Source: Octopus sinensis (Eukaryota). Taken from it: a DNA stretch of 64,000 nt. Position 1 is the first letter of the stretch. Every line of letters starts with the position of its first letter. The DNA is taken from positions 42,098,001-42,162,000 of the forward strand of contig NC_043004.1 of assembly GCF_006345805.1 (NCBI RefSeq), in the 5' to 3' direction. Below, one piece after another: positions 1 to 12,600 of this stretch. The notes under the pieces are model-generated. The model ran no database searches, had not been told where the DNA came from, and worked only from the letters and a program-made list of their open reading frames with translations. The position numbers were made by a program, and so were the translations under genes.

Positions 1-250
1 ATTAAGGATAATCTCTTAATAAGGGATCTTAACAAGAAATTATCGGGTAGCTAGCGTGAAAACCTCATAAAAGAAAAGAATTCGAAAATAATTTTTTTCT
101 TTTGAACAAATTAATTATATCTATATTGTATAGAGGGCATTATTACACATAAATGCCTCACACTAGGAGGGACAAAGTCATTACTACCAAAATTATACTA
201 ATCATACCCAAATGCAGTTTTTCAAAGCAAGACATTTAAAAAATGAATTT

Positions 251-308
251 AGTTCTGTATCACCGTGATTTCACATTCAACTTACGTCTAATGATCGTCA
301 GCAGAACT
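251..308 (-). ncRNA. Type I hammerhead ribozyme (inverted copy)
   Basis: Minus strand reads AGTTCTG-CTGACGA-TCATT...AATGT-GAAA-TCACGGTGA-TA-CAGAACT: 7-bp stem I, canonical CUGANGA/GAAA core, near-palindromic stem III, AUA cleavage triplet. Confidence 0.8.
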
Positions 309-822
309 GATTCTGAACACATCATAAATAAACTACCAACCTTACGTAGCGAAGACGAACAGACAACTGCTCACTCCGGCCAAGCACATGGAATGTTTAT
401 AAATCATATATCCGGTAAATGGCGGGCTGCATTTGGGTATGATTAGTATAATTTTGGTAGTAATGACTTTGTCCCTCCTAGTGTGAGGCATTTATGTGTA
501 ATAATGCCCTCTTTAACAATATAGATATAATTAATTGTTCAAAAGAAAAATTATTTCGAAATTTCTTTTTTATGAGGTTTTCACGCTAGCTACCCGATAA
601 TTTCTTGTTAAGATCCTTATTAAGAGATTATCCTTAATTGTTAAAATTATTCCGAAATACTTTTCATTACCCGACATGCAGTTCGTAAAAAAGGCCCGCC
701 ATTTACCGGATATATATTTATAAACATTCCATGTGCTTGGCCGCTGAGGAGATTTGAGTAACAGTTGTCTGTTCGTCTTCGCTACGTAAGGTTGGTAGTT
801 TATTTATGAGTGTTTCAGAATC

Positions 823-881
823 AGTCTGCTGACGATCATTAGACGTAAATGATGTGAAATCCAACGGTTGATACAGGAACT
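823..881 (+). ncRNA. Type I hammerhead ribozyme, copy with small indels
   Basis: CTGACGA and GAAA are intact. Stems carry indels (AGTCTG, CCAACGGTTGATA, CAGGAACT) that may be sequencing error. Confidence 0.55.
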
Positions 882-1309
882 AAATTCATTTTTTTAAAGG
901 TTCTTGCTTTGAAAAACTGCATTTGGTTATGATTAGTATAATTTTGGTAGTAATGACTTTGTCCCTCCTAGTGTAGGGCATTATGTGTAATAATGCCCTC
1001 TATACAATATAGATATTATTAATTTGTTCAAAAGAAAAAAAATTATTTTCGAATTCTTTTCTTTTTAGAGGTTGTTTTCACGCAGCTACCCGATAATTTC
1101 TTGTTAAGATCCCTTATTAAGAGATTAATCCTTAATTGTTAAAATTTATTCCGAAATACTTTTCATTACCCGACATGCAGTTCGTAAAAAGCCCGCCATT
1201 TACCGGATATATGATTTATAAACAATTCCATGTGCTTGGCCGGAGTGAGCAGTTGTCTTTACGTCTTCGCTACGTAAGTTGGTAGTTTATTTATGATGTG
1301 TTCAGAATC

Positions 1310-1367
1310 AGTTCTGCTGACGATCATTAGACGTAAGTTGAATGTGAAATCACGATGATACAGAACT
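1310..1367 (+). ncRNA. Type I hammerhead ribozyme
   Basis: AGTTCTG CTGACGA TCATT..AATGT GAAA TCACGATGA TA CAGAACT. Predicted cleavage after 1360. Confidence 0.78.
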
Positions 1368-1789
1368 AAATTCATTTTTTTAAATGTCTTGCTTTGAAAA
1401 ACTGCATTTGGGTATGATTAGTATATTTTGGTAGTAATGACTTTGTCCCTCCTAGTGTGAGGCATTTATGTGTAATAATGCCCTCTATACAATATAGATA
1501 TAATTAATTTGTTCAAAAGAAAAAAATTATTTTCGAATTCTTTTCTTTTATGAGGTTTTCACGCTAGCTACCCGATAATTTCTTGTTAAGATCCCTTATT
1601 AAGAGATTATCCTTAATTGTTAAACTTATTCCGAAATACTTTTCATTACCCGACATGCAGTTCGTAAAAAGCCCGCCATTTACCGGATATATGATTTATA
1701 AAATTCCATGTGCTTGGCCGAGAGTGAGCAGTTGTCTGTTCGTCTTCGCTACGTAAGGTTGGTAGTTTATTTATGATGTGTTCAGAATC

Positions 1790-1847
1790 AGTTCTGCTGA
1801 CGATCATTAGACGTAAGTTGAATGTGAAATCACGGTGATACAGAACT
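1790..1847 (+). ncRNA. Type I hammerhead ribozyme
   Basis: AGTTCTG CTGACGA TCATT..AATGT GAAA TCACGGTGA TA CAGAACT. Predicted cleavage after 1840. Confidence 0.8.
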
Positions 1848-1947
1848 AAATTCATTTTTTTAAATGTCTTGCTTTGAAAAACTGCATTGGGATGATTAGT
1901 ATAATTTTGGTGGTAGTAATGACTTTGTCCCTCCTAGGTGAGGCATT

Positions 1948-1987
<40 letters not shown>

Positions 1988-1989
<2 letters not shown>

Positions 1990-2390
1990 CGGCGTAGGAG
2001 TGGCTGTGTGGTAAGTAGCTTGTTACCAACCACATGGTTCCGGGTTCAGTCCACTGCGTGGCACCTTGGGCAAGTGTCTTCTACTATAGCCTCGGGCCGA
2101 CCAAAGCCTTGTGAGTGGATTTGGTAGACGGAAACTGAAAGAAGCCGTCGTATATATGTATATATATATATATGGTGTGATGGTTGTGTGTCTGTGTTTG
2201 TCCCCCTAGCATTGCTTGACAACCGATGCTGGTGTGTTTATGTCCCCGTCACTTAGCGGTTCGGCAAAAGAGACCGATAGAATAAGTACTGGGCTTACAA
2301 AAGAATAAGTCCAGGGGTTAAAAAAGGCGGTGCTCCAGCATGGCCGCAGTCAAATGACTGAAACAAGTAAAAGAGTAAAAGAGTAAAGAG
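1988..2390 (+). mobile_element. tRNA-derived SINE, family A (full length)
   Basis: Head GGAGTGGCTGTGTGGTAAG...GGTTCAGTCC, internal (TA)/(TG) tract, conserved 3' body, AAAGAGT-repeat tail. Nine related copies in the window. Confidence 0.85.
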
Positions 2391-2759
2391 AATATATATA
2401 TATATATATATCTGTGTGTGTGTGTGTGTAGTCATATTGTTATTGTTTCGAAAAATTATAGAACTGCCTCGAAGTGCTCAGGCTGGGCCCGAGATGCTAG
2501 ATAGTAAATATAATTTCAAGAAGAAACAAAAATTAGATAATTATCTTCTATTTATGACATACATTAGTACAACAAATACATTAAGACTTCGAACTTTTTC
2601 TGGCTTATATTTTCACGTATATTCTCATTTCATATTTTTCTTATTTCTATTATATTCTTAAATAATACTTTATTATGTTCTGAATGTCTTAATGTACTTT
2701 ATTAATGTATGTCTTAAATACAAGATAATTATCTAATCGTTGCTTCTTCGTTAAATTGT

Positions 2760-2783
2760 ATTATTTACTATGTATATATATAT

Positions 2784-2828
<45 letters not shown>

Positions 2829-2978
2829 TTGTACGTGCATATACAATTTTTCTACATATATACATACGTAAACATATGTATGTAAATATAGTTAATATGT
2901 ATAACATGTGTGTGCGTGTGGCGGTGCGGGTGTGTGTATATTTGTACTGTGAATATGTGTATATATGTATGTGTATGT

Positions 2979-3010
<32 letters not shown>

Positions 3011-3036
3011 CGTACATATATATATGTGTGATATAT

Positions 3037-3079
<43 letters not shown>

Positions 3080-3091
3080 TGTATGTATATA

Positions 3092-3135
<44 letters not shown>

Positions 3136-3160
3136 TATATTATATATATATATATATTGA
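2760..3160. repeat. (TA)n/(TG)n compound microsatellite
   Basis: Direct inspection. Source of the spurious YI-repeat ORFs. Confidence 0.95.
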
Positions 3161-3656
3161 AAGAAAGAAAATGGGGAAAAATTGATGTATGAATAATTTA
3201 TTTGTATAATATAAATATGTTTAAATGAAAAAAGTTATAAAGCTCACAAAGAAAATGGGAGATGCAAAAAAAAATCTACATATATTTTTCAGTTCTTGCC
3301 CGTAGAATAGTATAATTTTCAATTATATGGGGCACAACTCCTTCAGGGTTATTATGGGCTTATAGAACTAATGTTAACAATTTTCATAACTAAAGCTAAC
3401 ATTTTTGTTTGAGCTTTACTACATATAATTTATTTGTATTGTTATTTTTTTAAAATTTCAAATTCTTTATAGCGTACAGAAAAATTATTCATATATCCAT
3501 CTTTTTCCATTTTATTCCATTCAATATTGATATGTATTATTACAATAATCCCCAACATATCGCAGAGACTTTCCCATTATATGATAGTGATTATATGATA
3601 GTAATTAACCCTATACAATCCCTAATATGGATCTAACATCCCCGAGTTGACGGTAT

Positions 3657-3693
<37 letters not shown>

Positions 3694-4621
3694 CACGAAA
3701 TGATATCAAACAAAAGAGTGTAGTATGTACATGAAGTAAGAATATGGAATATACAATACACGCGAGATGGTTTCATAATCATTTGCTGACTTAAAACGAT
3801 ACTGCACTATCCAATGGGAATTATTCCTGCATACTGATGTGCGCAAATGCTGCAGCGTTTGTAAGGTCTGCAAAAATATAAAGCCTCATAAAACAACAGC
3901 GAGGCAGAAGAATCGTCGTAGACTGCAATAATTATGTAATAATCAGCTGTGATTTTTTATGGGAGATTTCTGAATGCCAATTTATACCTATGTACTTATA
4001 AATGTATCTATTATAAGTGGCTTTGACAATAGTTTGTTCTCTTAAAAAGCCAAAATATGTTTGCTTAAACATATTTTTAGGGAACAGAAATCTTAAATGC
4101 CACTCTATTGGACGATCCTTATTGAAAGGAAATATAATTCTTATTGTCCAAGGGACTACGAAACAGAAATTTATTGAAACACGTAAGTGATCTATCACTC
4201 ATAATAAACCCACTTGAGAAAAATTAAAGCAATTTTACTATAAGTGTTTTATGCAAAAACCACAGATGTAGACATATTCGACAGCATCTCCCAAAGTAAT
4301 ACAATAGTCAATATAATAAAACCAGCAAAAGGTAAGACAACAGGGGTAACAATTCTATGTCGGAGTATTCTATGAACTGTATACTGTAGTGAATTATTTA
4401 GAAGCATGTGCAGAACGTATGCTGCAAAAAGATAGAGCTACAATTTACGTAAAGTAACATATTGTAATATTCTGTTTGGGTGTCTAAAATTGAAGGAGGG
4501 CAATGCCCATAATATTTGTAAGCTCGCAGCTTTGTTTCAGTTACATATAAATGCTGTGTTTTCAGGTTAATGAAACCACAGTGATTATTTGAGCAAACCA
4601 TGTATATGAGTATATATATAT

Positions 4622-4943
4622 GAGGCACGTGGCTTAGTGGTTTGGGGCAATCGGTTCATGATCGTAAGGTCGTGAGTTCAATTCCCGGCGGCGCGTTGTG
4701 TCCTTGAGCAAGACACTTTATTTCACATTGCTCCAGTCCACTCAGCTGGCAAAAATGAGTAGTACCTGTATTTCAAAGTGCCAGCCTTGTTACACTCTAT
4801 GTCGAGCTGAATCTCTCCGAGAACTACGTTAAGGGTACACGTGTCTGTGGAGTGCTCAGCCACTTGCACGTTAATTTCACGAGCAAACTGTTACGTTGAT
4901 CGTATCAGCTGGGACCCTCGTCGTCGCAACCGACGGAGTGCTC
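4622..4943 (+). mobile_element. tRNA-derived SINE, family B
   Basis: A box TGGCTTAGTGG and B box AGTTCAATTCC. The 3' ~180 bp is shared with the copy at 54069-54450. Confidence 0.8.
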
Positions 4944-5603
4944 CGCAGGAGGTATATATTTTGATTATAAAGATACATTACAGGATTGATGAGAATGAAA
5001 AACGACATATGATGGCAGAAATTGAATTATGAAAAGTACATGAAAATAATATGGAAAATATAGACATGAAATAACATCGCGAAGACTAAGGGTATGAAGA
5101 AAACACGAAGAGAAACCACAAAAACAAATTAAAAGGATAAAATCGTACGAGATACATAAAATATCGAAGAAAAATCAAAGTTTACGGAAGGAAGAGTATG
5201 ACGTGGAATGTACCCGCAAGGTGGAAATATAAAATGATAATAATGATGATGATGAGATTGAGGAATATGATGACGATGATGTCCACAAGAACGATTAGGA
5301 TGATTATGATGCCACTGATGATAGTAATGTTGCTATTGCCGATAATAATGAATATATATAATACAATAAGATGATAATTGAGATTGTTGGATATACATGT
5401 AAGGATATGTGCAAAAAATTAAAGGAAACAAGTACAAAGAAACGAAATAATTAAAGAACTCATACATATGCAAAACATTGTTAATGACATTTCTAGATTT
5501 CTAGTATCCACCCAACATAAGATAGAGAATATCACTTTGATAGGAAGAGACAGGAGTAAAAGAAAATAACTGAATTATGTACATATACATACACATCATG
5601 TAT

Positions 5604-5648
<45 letters not shown>

Positions 5649-5941
5649 CATTTTAATAAACAAAACATATGCATACGTACATACGTATATGTACATACCT
5701 ACATCTATATGTATATATACATGCATATATGGGTACAGCACACCACAAATAAATGTAGAACACAACGAGGAACGAAAACATAAAGCCAAACAAGGAAACG
5801 GCCTTTTTTTAAAAACGAAAAAACAGAGTACAAGACAAACAACACAAGGAACATTCCCCTTCTTCAGCTGCCCCTGTTTCGACTCAATGCGTGTTTCGAA
5901 GATAAGGGCAGAACACGTATATGTATATGCATATGTATATG

Positions 5942-6020
<79 letters not shown>

Positions 6021-6346
6021 TTATATGTAAGAGCTAAAGAAAATTATTTCAAAGCCAATATGCTGATAACAGATTATTAAATCGTCAATTTCCACATATA
6101 ATATATTCGCTACAGCAAAGACAGAAGAACTGAAGTCGGGCAAGCTGGCCGTAAGAATTTCTAAAAATTACTAGTAACGGAGCTATTTTTAGCACTAGAG
6201 CTATCCACATAGTGGTAATTCTCTTATAATTTATGTATAAATTTGTATTATCTCCCTAGTTTTATGTGCTAAGCCACTTGGTGTTAAATTGATGGTATTA
6301 TTAAATTAATATCAAATTTTTCACCCTCATTTATAAATATATATTT

Positions 6347-6377
<31 letters not shown>

Positions 6378-6775
6378 GTATGTAGTATGTATGTATGTAT
6401 GTATGTATGTATGTATGTATGTATGTATGTATGTATGTATGTATGTATATATCTATATGTAAATATACTTATATCATGTATATATGGGCACGCACACACA
6501 CATATCAGACGTGGGAGAGTGAGAAAAAGAAATAGATCGATGAATAAAGCGAGGCGAATATTGTGCTTTGAAGATTGAAATAAATGGCAGAATACGAGGA
6601 AGACGCAAGAATTGATAAAAAAAAAGCGTAAACGATATAAACATGTAAAATATAAACCGTACAAACGTGTTTATCGGATAATTCTATGTCAGCGTGTTTT
6701 GGGGGATAAGTCAGATAAAGCGACAAAGAAGCAAATAGAAAGGGAGGCATAGAGGCACATTTCTAACCAACAATA

Positions 6776-6776
<1 letters not shown>

Positions 6777-6834
<58 letters not shown>

Positions 6835-6855
6835 GTAGTAGTAGTAGTAGTAGAA

Positions 6856-6926
<71 letters not shown>

Positions 6927-6942
6927 TAATAATAATAATAGT
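6777..6942. repeat. (ATT)n-(AGT)n-(AAT)n compound trinucleotide array
   Basis: Direct inspection. The strand flip from ATT to AAT makes the array self-complementary. Confidence 0.95.
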
Positions 6943-6957
6943 AATTAGAATATCATC

Positions 6958-7060
6958 TTTCAATTTTGTTCGCATTTCTTACGGACTGCTGTCTTCCCGA
7001 CACCTAGGTCAAAGAAACTCACTGTGTTTATTTCAGTGGCCCAGGATGTATACAGTGAGT
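6958..7060 (-). mobile_element. 3'-UTR remnant of the same R4/Dong family as 9692-13616
   Basis: TCTTCAATTTTG...GTCTTCCCGACACCTAGGTCAAAGAAACT resembles 9700-9762 (TCTTTCAAATTTG...GTCTTCCCGACTCCTAGGGCAAAGAAACT). Flanked by TAA repeats. Confidence 0.55.
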
Positions 7061-7063
7061 TTA

Positions 7064-7107
<44 letters not shown>

Positions 7108-7108
7108 G

Positions 7109-9483
7109 CCTTTGCACAGCTTCTAACGCGGGATTTGTACTACAGTATCAAACAGTACCGTTTTCTGCGAGTGCTCCAACCTTATTGAAACCCCTATTTG
7201 TTCCACGTACTTCTCGAGATTTTTGCTCACATTTCACAGGGCTCCGACAATTATTGTTACTACTGCTATCTTTTTCATCGACCACAACTGCTTAACTTCC
7301 CAGTCTAACCTGTCATATCTCTCGACTTTTCTTTTTTCAGTATCGCATACTTTATTGTCAGCTAGGCATGCTATATCTATGATCCAGCATAGTTTGTTTT
7401 CTTTCTCAATTAAGATTATGTCTGGCTTTCTATTCACTATTTCATGACGCACTGAATCATAAAATCCCATAGGATCTTTGCATTTCTATTTTCGACGTAT
7501 CCTTCAGGTTTGTGGTCGTATCAATTTTTTGCTCTGTCAAAAGTCCATACTTTTTGTAAAGTGTCCAATGGTCAAGTCTGGCTATATTGTCGTGGCGTCT
7601 CTTATATTCCTTCTGGGCTAGTTGCGTACATTGGCTGGTAATATGCCATTCGATTTAACCGTTTTGTCCACAGATTATGCACTTATCACTTTCTGCTGTG
7701 TTGTCTTATTCTGTATTTTACGTAGTTTACTCTTAGGGGCAGCACAGATTAGAGCCCCAGTTTCCGGTTTTAAATCAACTTTAGTCATCCACAGCCATCT
7801 TTTTTCTGCGTTTGTCTAATCTTCAACATTTCTATGAAATTGACTATGCATTTTTTTCTTTACCCAACTATTTCAGTTTCATTTGTTTTGAATGTTTTGT
7901 ATAGTGCTTTATCTTTGTAGTGGCTCTGTAGCATTTTTACATGCCATACTATGTTTTTTTCGTCTGCTCTAATGCTGTGTTCACATCCAATGAGTCCTCT
8001 TCCACCTCTTTTTCTTGGTACATACAGTCTTTCTGTGTCGTTTTTGGGGTGGAGTGACCCATATCTAGTTAGCAACTTTCTTGTCTTTCTGTCTAAGCTG
8101 TTTAGTTCGTCTACTGTCAATGCGATTACCCCTACTCCATATCTAAGGGGTCAAACCACCCAGGTGTTGATAGCTTCGATCTTATTCCGTCCGTTTAATT
8201 TCGACTTAAGAATCAGTCTCAGTCTGCGCAAATACTCCACCTTAAATTTTTATGTCATTTCTTTCTCCCTCAATTTATCTATTTCTAGAATCCCCAAGTA
8301 CTTATCACCCGTCTCTTCTATCTGCTTCATAACCTCTCGCGACGGTATTGTTAGTCCGTCCATACATTTGATTTTGTCTCTCGTCAAGACTAACACACCA
8401 CACTTTCTCAGTCCGAACTCCATTCCGGTATCAGCACTGAAGCTATACACCGTATCAACGGGCTTCATATTTATCATAAAGTTTGAGGTTATCCATGAAT
8501 AAAAAATGGTTGACTTTTTGTTGGCGGCTTTTGAATACATACCCAGCTTTTGCTTTCCTCAGAATCAGTGTTAGTGGTATCAAGCACAGTACAAAGATCA
8601 ATGGGGACAGGCAGTCCCCTTGGAAGATGCCCCTCCTAATTTCTACTGCCCCTAAGCTTCTTCTGTGTGCTGTCAAGTCCGTCCTCCAATTCACCATACT
8701 TTTTCCAAGTAATCGCTCAACATTCGATGTAATACAAATTAGGTTCATACACTTCAGAATCCAAGAATGTGGGATCATATCGTACGCCTTACGATAGTCA
8801 ATCCATGACATGGCTAATTTACTTTTCCTCTTCTTACAATCTCTAAGTACAGTTTTGTCTATCAGGAGTTGATATTTGGTACCTCTACACTTACGCTTGA
8901 AACACTTCTGCTCATGTGACAGGACTCCATTTTTTTTCTAGATGTTCGTTCATTGACTCTGCGAGTATTCCAATCAATAATTTACACATAAGTGGCAAAC
9001 ATGATATCGACCTGTAATTGTCTACCGTATTGCCTTTTTCGATGTTTTCCAAGCACAGCTCTGTCCTACCCAAGGTTAACCACTCTGGTATTACTTGGTC
9101 GGCATTTAACAAGGAGTTGAGTTGCGAAGCTATTCGTGCATGACATTCACCAAATCTTTTGATCCAGTATCCTTGAACTCCATCTGGTCCTGGGGCCTTC
9201 CAGTTGCCCATTTTGTTGCTGATTTCTGTCACTTCCCTAACTGAAATGACTAGTTCTGCTTGCTTTCGACAGACTACTGTTTATTTCAGTTCTTGCAACC
9301 ATTCAGCATTCTTCTTGTGCTCCATGTCTTTGTTCCAAATGTCACTCCAAAACCTTTGACTTTCAATGTTATCTGGTATCAACTTTTCATCTGTACACCC
9401 TTCATTTATTTCTTTATAGAATCTCTTCTATTTATTTCTTCATAGAATCTCTTCTGATCTAATCTGAATAAACTATTCTGGTT
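7109..9483 (-). mobile_element. 5'-truncated, frameshifted R4/Dong-clade non-LTR retrotransposon (RT plus restriction-like endonuclease)
   Basis: ORF fragments: [60 protein letters not shown] (degenerate YMDD), and RLE motif KPDIILIEKE...IIDIAC. (TAA)n lies at the 3' end and near the 5' end. Confidence 0.88.
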
Positions 9484-9549
9484 ATATACACACACGCATA
9501 TATATTCTGGTTATACACACTCACGCATATATACTGTGTGTTGATGCAA

Positions 9550-9624
<75 letters not shown>

Positions 9625-9691
9625 CATTATTGATGTTGTTGCTGCTGTTGTTGTTGTTGTTGCTGCTGTTGTTTTTATTATTATTATTATT

Positions 9692-12600
9692 TATGGGTTC
9701 TTCTTTCAAATTTGCTTCCATTTCTTGCCGAGTGTCTTCCCGACTCCTAGGGCAAAGAAACTTATAGTATACATTGGTAGACCATTAAACCAAACTCAAT
9801 AGTTCGTTCATTTTTTTTTTATAGAAATAAAGTTAAATTAAATTACATGGGTAGTAATAGTTCTCATATCGACAATGCTCTTCTTAATACGTGTGATGTA
9901 CCAGTTAAGACAATCTTTTGCATTTCTTGCAGGGATGGTAAGTCAGGGATCATTTTCATATAATTTTCGGTTCCCTTCTTGATCATTTCTAGTGCTCCTA
10001 CGATCACTGGTATTGTAACTGCCTTGAGATGCCACATTTTCTCAATTTCAATGAGCAGGTCTTTATATTTTCTGAGCTTGTCAAATTCTTTCGCCGAGAT
10101 ATTATGATCACAGGGGATGCTCATGTCGATCAATAAGCAAACTTTATTGTTTTGGTCTTACACAACAATATCCGGTTTATTGGCTTTGATGGTTCGGTCT
10201 GTATGTACTGGAAACTCCCACAGAATCGTTACATTTTCTCCTTCAGTTACAGCTTCAGGGTGGTGATTATACCACTTGTCGGCAGTTTTGATATTGCAAT
10301 GCCGACTTATTAGCCAGTGTAGATATTGGCCAACTCTGTCATGTCTTAATTTATACTTCACTGGTGCTAAGACTTTACATCCAGAGATTAGGTGGTCTAC
10401 GATTTCAATCATGTCGTTGCAGAATCGGCATTTTGGGTCTGCTCCATTTTTCATCACATTGGCCTGGTCGTTCCAGGTTAATAGGCTTTGATCTTCAGCA
10501 GCCAGGATGAAACCTTCGCTCTCTGCTTTTAACCCTGAGCTCCGTAGACACTGATGGGTTTGCTTCTGGTCAACATCAGCTTGTTTGCTATGGGCCAAAT
10601 ATTTTCCGCGCAGAGTTTTCTACTCCCACCTATCAGCCAATTGCTCGTGCGCTTTTTTCGTTGCCATTATTTTCACCTTCTTTGCAACAATAGTTGCCGT
10701 ACTTCCCTCGGGTTGTTCAGTTTGGGTATCCTGCACGAGATCAACAGCAAAATTTTTGCTTTCTTTTACGATAGAATGAAGCTTCTTTCGTCTCTCGTGA
10801 TTTTCCACGAGCTTTAGCATCCAGTCATTCGTTATTTCAAGATATTTGGCCAGTCCAATTGTGGTTATTTTGTACGCTAGTTCAAATTGGATCAGGCCTC
10901 GACCTCCTTGGGCTCTGGGAAGGTAAAGGCGATCTACGTCTGCCTTTGGGTGGTGCATCCTATTACAACTCAGCAGCTTGCGTATTTTCCTATCTATATT
11001 CTTTACTTCACTCATATTCCAGTTCAACACATTGTAGCTATAAGTAACAACTGGAACTGCTAAGGAATTTATAGCTAACACCTTGTTACGTGCATTTAGT
11101 TCAGATTTCAGGACGGCTCGAACTCTCCTAAAACATTCCTTCCTGATCTTCTCTCTCATGCTTGCATGCTGAATACCAGAGCCTTCATTTATCCCAAAAT
11201 ATTTGTAGGTTTGTTCTTGCTCAAGCTCTCTTATGACTGTGTCAACATCTAACACGACTGAATTTGTGGTCTTCATTTTCCCTTTCTGGAAAGTGGCCTT
11301 GGCACACTTCTCAAGCCCAAACTCCATCCCGATGTCATTCAAGTTCATTATCGTCTTTACCATAGAGTTTTAAGTCATCCATATAAAATAGATGGCTTAT
11401 TTTTTTATTGACAATTTTATACCCATACCCTGTTCTGTTTAATTCATTTGTAAGGGGTATTAGGACTATGCAGAAAATTAGAGGTGAAAGTGAGTCCACA
11501 GTTGATGTTTATATTCTCTGAGGCAAGTACTCCATTAGAGTGGTATAATTGGGGATTCGTATTCCACAAGGAAATATTATTCTTCAGGAAGCTTGAAATC
11601 ACAGGGGAAATTTTGAAGATGTCCAGCGATTTCAAGATCCATGAATGCAGTTTACTGTTGAAGGCTTTTTTATAGTCAATCCATGCGGAGCTGAGATTTC
11701 TGCGCTTGTTGTGACAGTTCTCAAGGATCATACGATTAATCAGCAGTTAATCTTTGCATCCGTATGAGCCTCGGCGGCATCCTTTTTGTTCAATGGGGAA
11801 AATATCGTTCTTCTCCATGAATGCATATGTTTTCTCCGCCAGGATAGATGTTAGGATTTTATACGTGGTGGATAAACAGGCTATAGGCCGATAGTTTTTT
11901 GGAAGTTTGGTTTCGTTATTCTTTGGGAGTAGGTAAGTAATACCACTTGCTAACCATTCAGGTGTTTTCTTTGGGTCTCTCATAATTCCATTGAGCAGCT
12001 GAACTAGCTTACCGTGTGCGCATGGGAGCGATGAGAGCCAGAAATTCGGCACCCTATCTTTACCGGGGGATTTCCAATTATGGGCCTTCGTGAGTGCCTT
12101 TCTTAGGTCTGCTATTGTGATGTCTTCCCATGCTTGTTGTAAATTTTGGTAGGATCCTTCTGTTTGTATAATCCAGTCTGCATTTATGTTGTACGTCTTC
12201 TCGTCACTCCAAATCCTTTTCCAAAAGTTTTGAACTTCTTCCATGGGAGGGGGGTCTTTAACGGTTACTTTCTCCTTCCCTATTTCTCTGTAGAATTTTT
12301 TGGCATTGGATGGGAACAGCTTATTTTGCTTGTAAAACTTGTTTCTCTTATCAAATCTTCGTATTCTTTGGGCTTTTGCTTGGACTTTTTGTTTCAGCGT
12401 TTCTTTTATTGATATCAGTTCTTCTCTTGGTGAGGATCCAAATTTTCTCTTCATCTTTCTTCTTGTTCTGAATCTTACATAATTTCCACATATTAGTTCC
12501 TTTAATATTGATACTTCCCCTCTCATAAATTCAATCTCTTTTTCAATTTTACTTCTCCTGGTTTGATTTCTTCCCAGGTTTAGTTTTCTTTGTTTTTTCG

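Larger units (their letters stand above)
1..1951. mobile_element. Penelope-like pseudo-LTR / retrozyme-like array: inverted copy (1-428) followed by ~3.1 head-to-tail ~485-bp units ending in (TA)n
   Basis: Unit start CTGCATTTGG recurs at 427, 917, 1402 and 1882 (periods 490/485/480). Bases 1-428 are the reverse complement of the unit. One hammerhead motif per unit. The array runs off the window's left edge. Confidence 0.8.

Noticed and set aside
243-446. 67-69 aa ORFs (also 1646-1855) in the tandem array
   Set aside because: They are the antisense reading of the hammerhead-containing unit, with no recognisable protein motif.
3300-3360. Hammerhead-like CTGAAGG...GAAA on the minus strand (a similar CTGAAGG occurs at ~53585)
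   Set aside because: A9 is missing and stems I and III do not pair.
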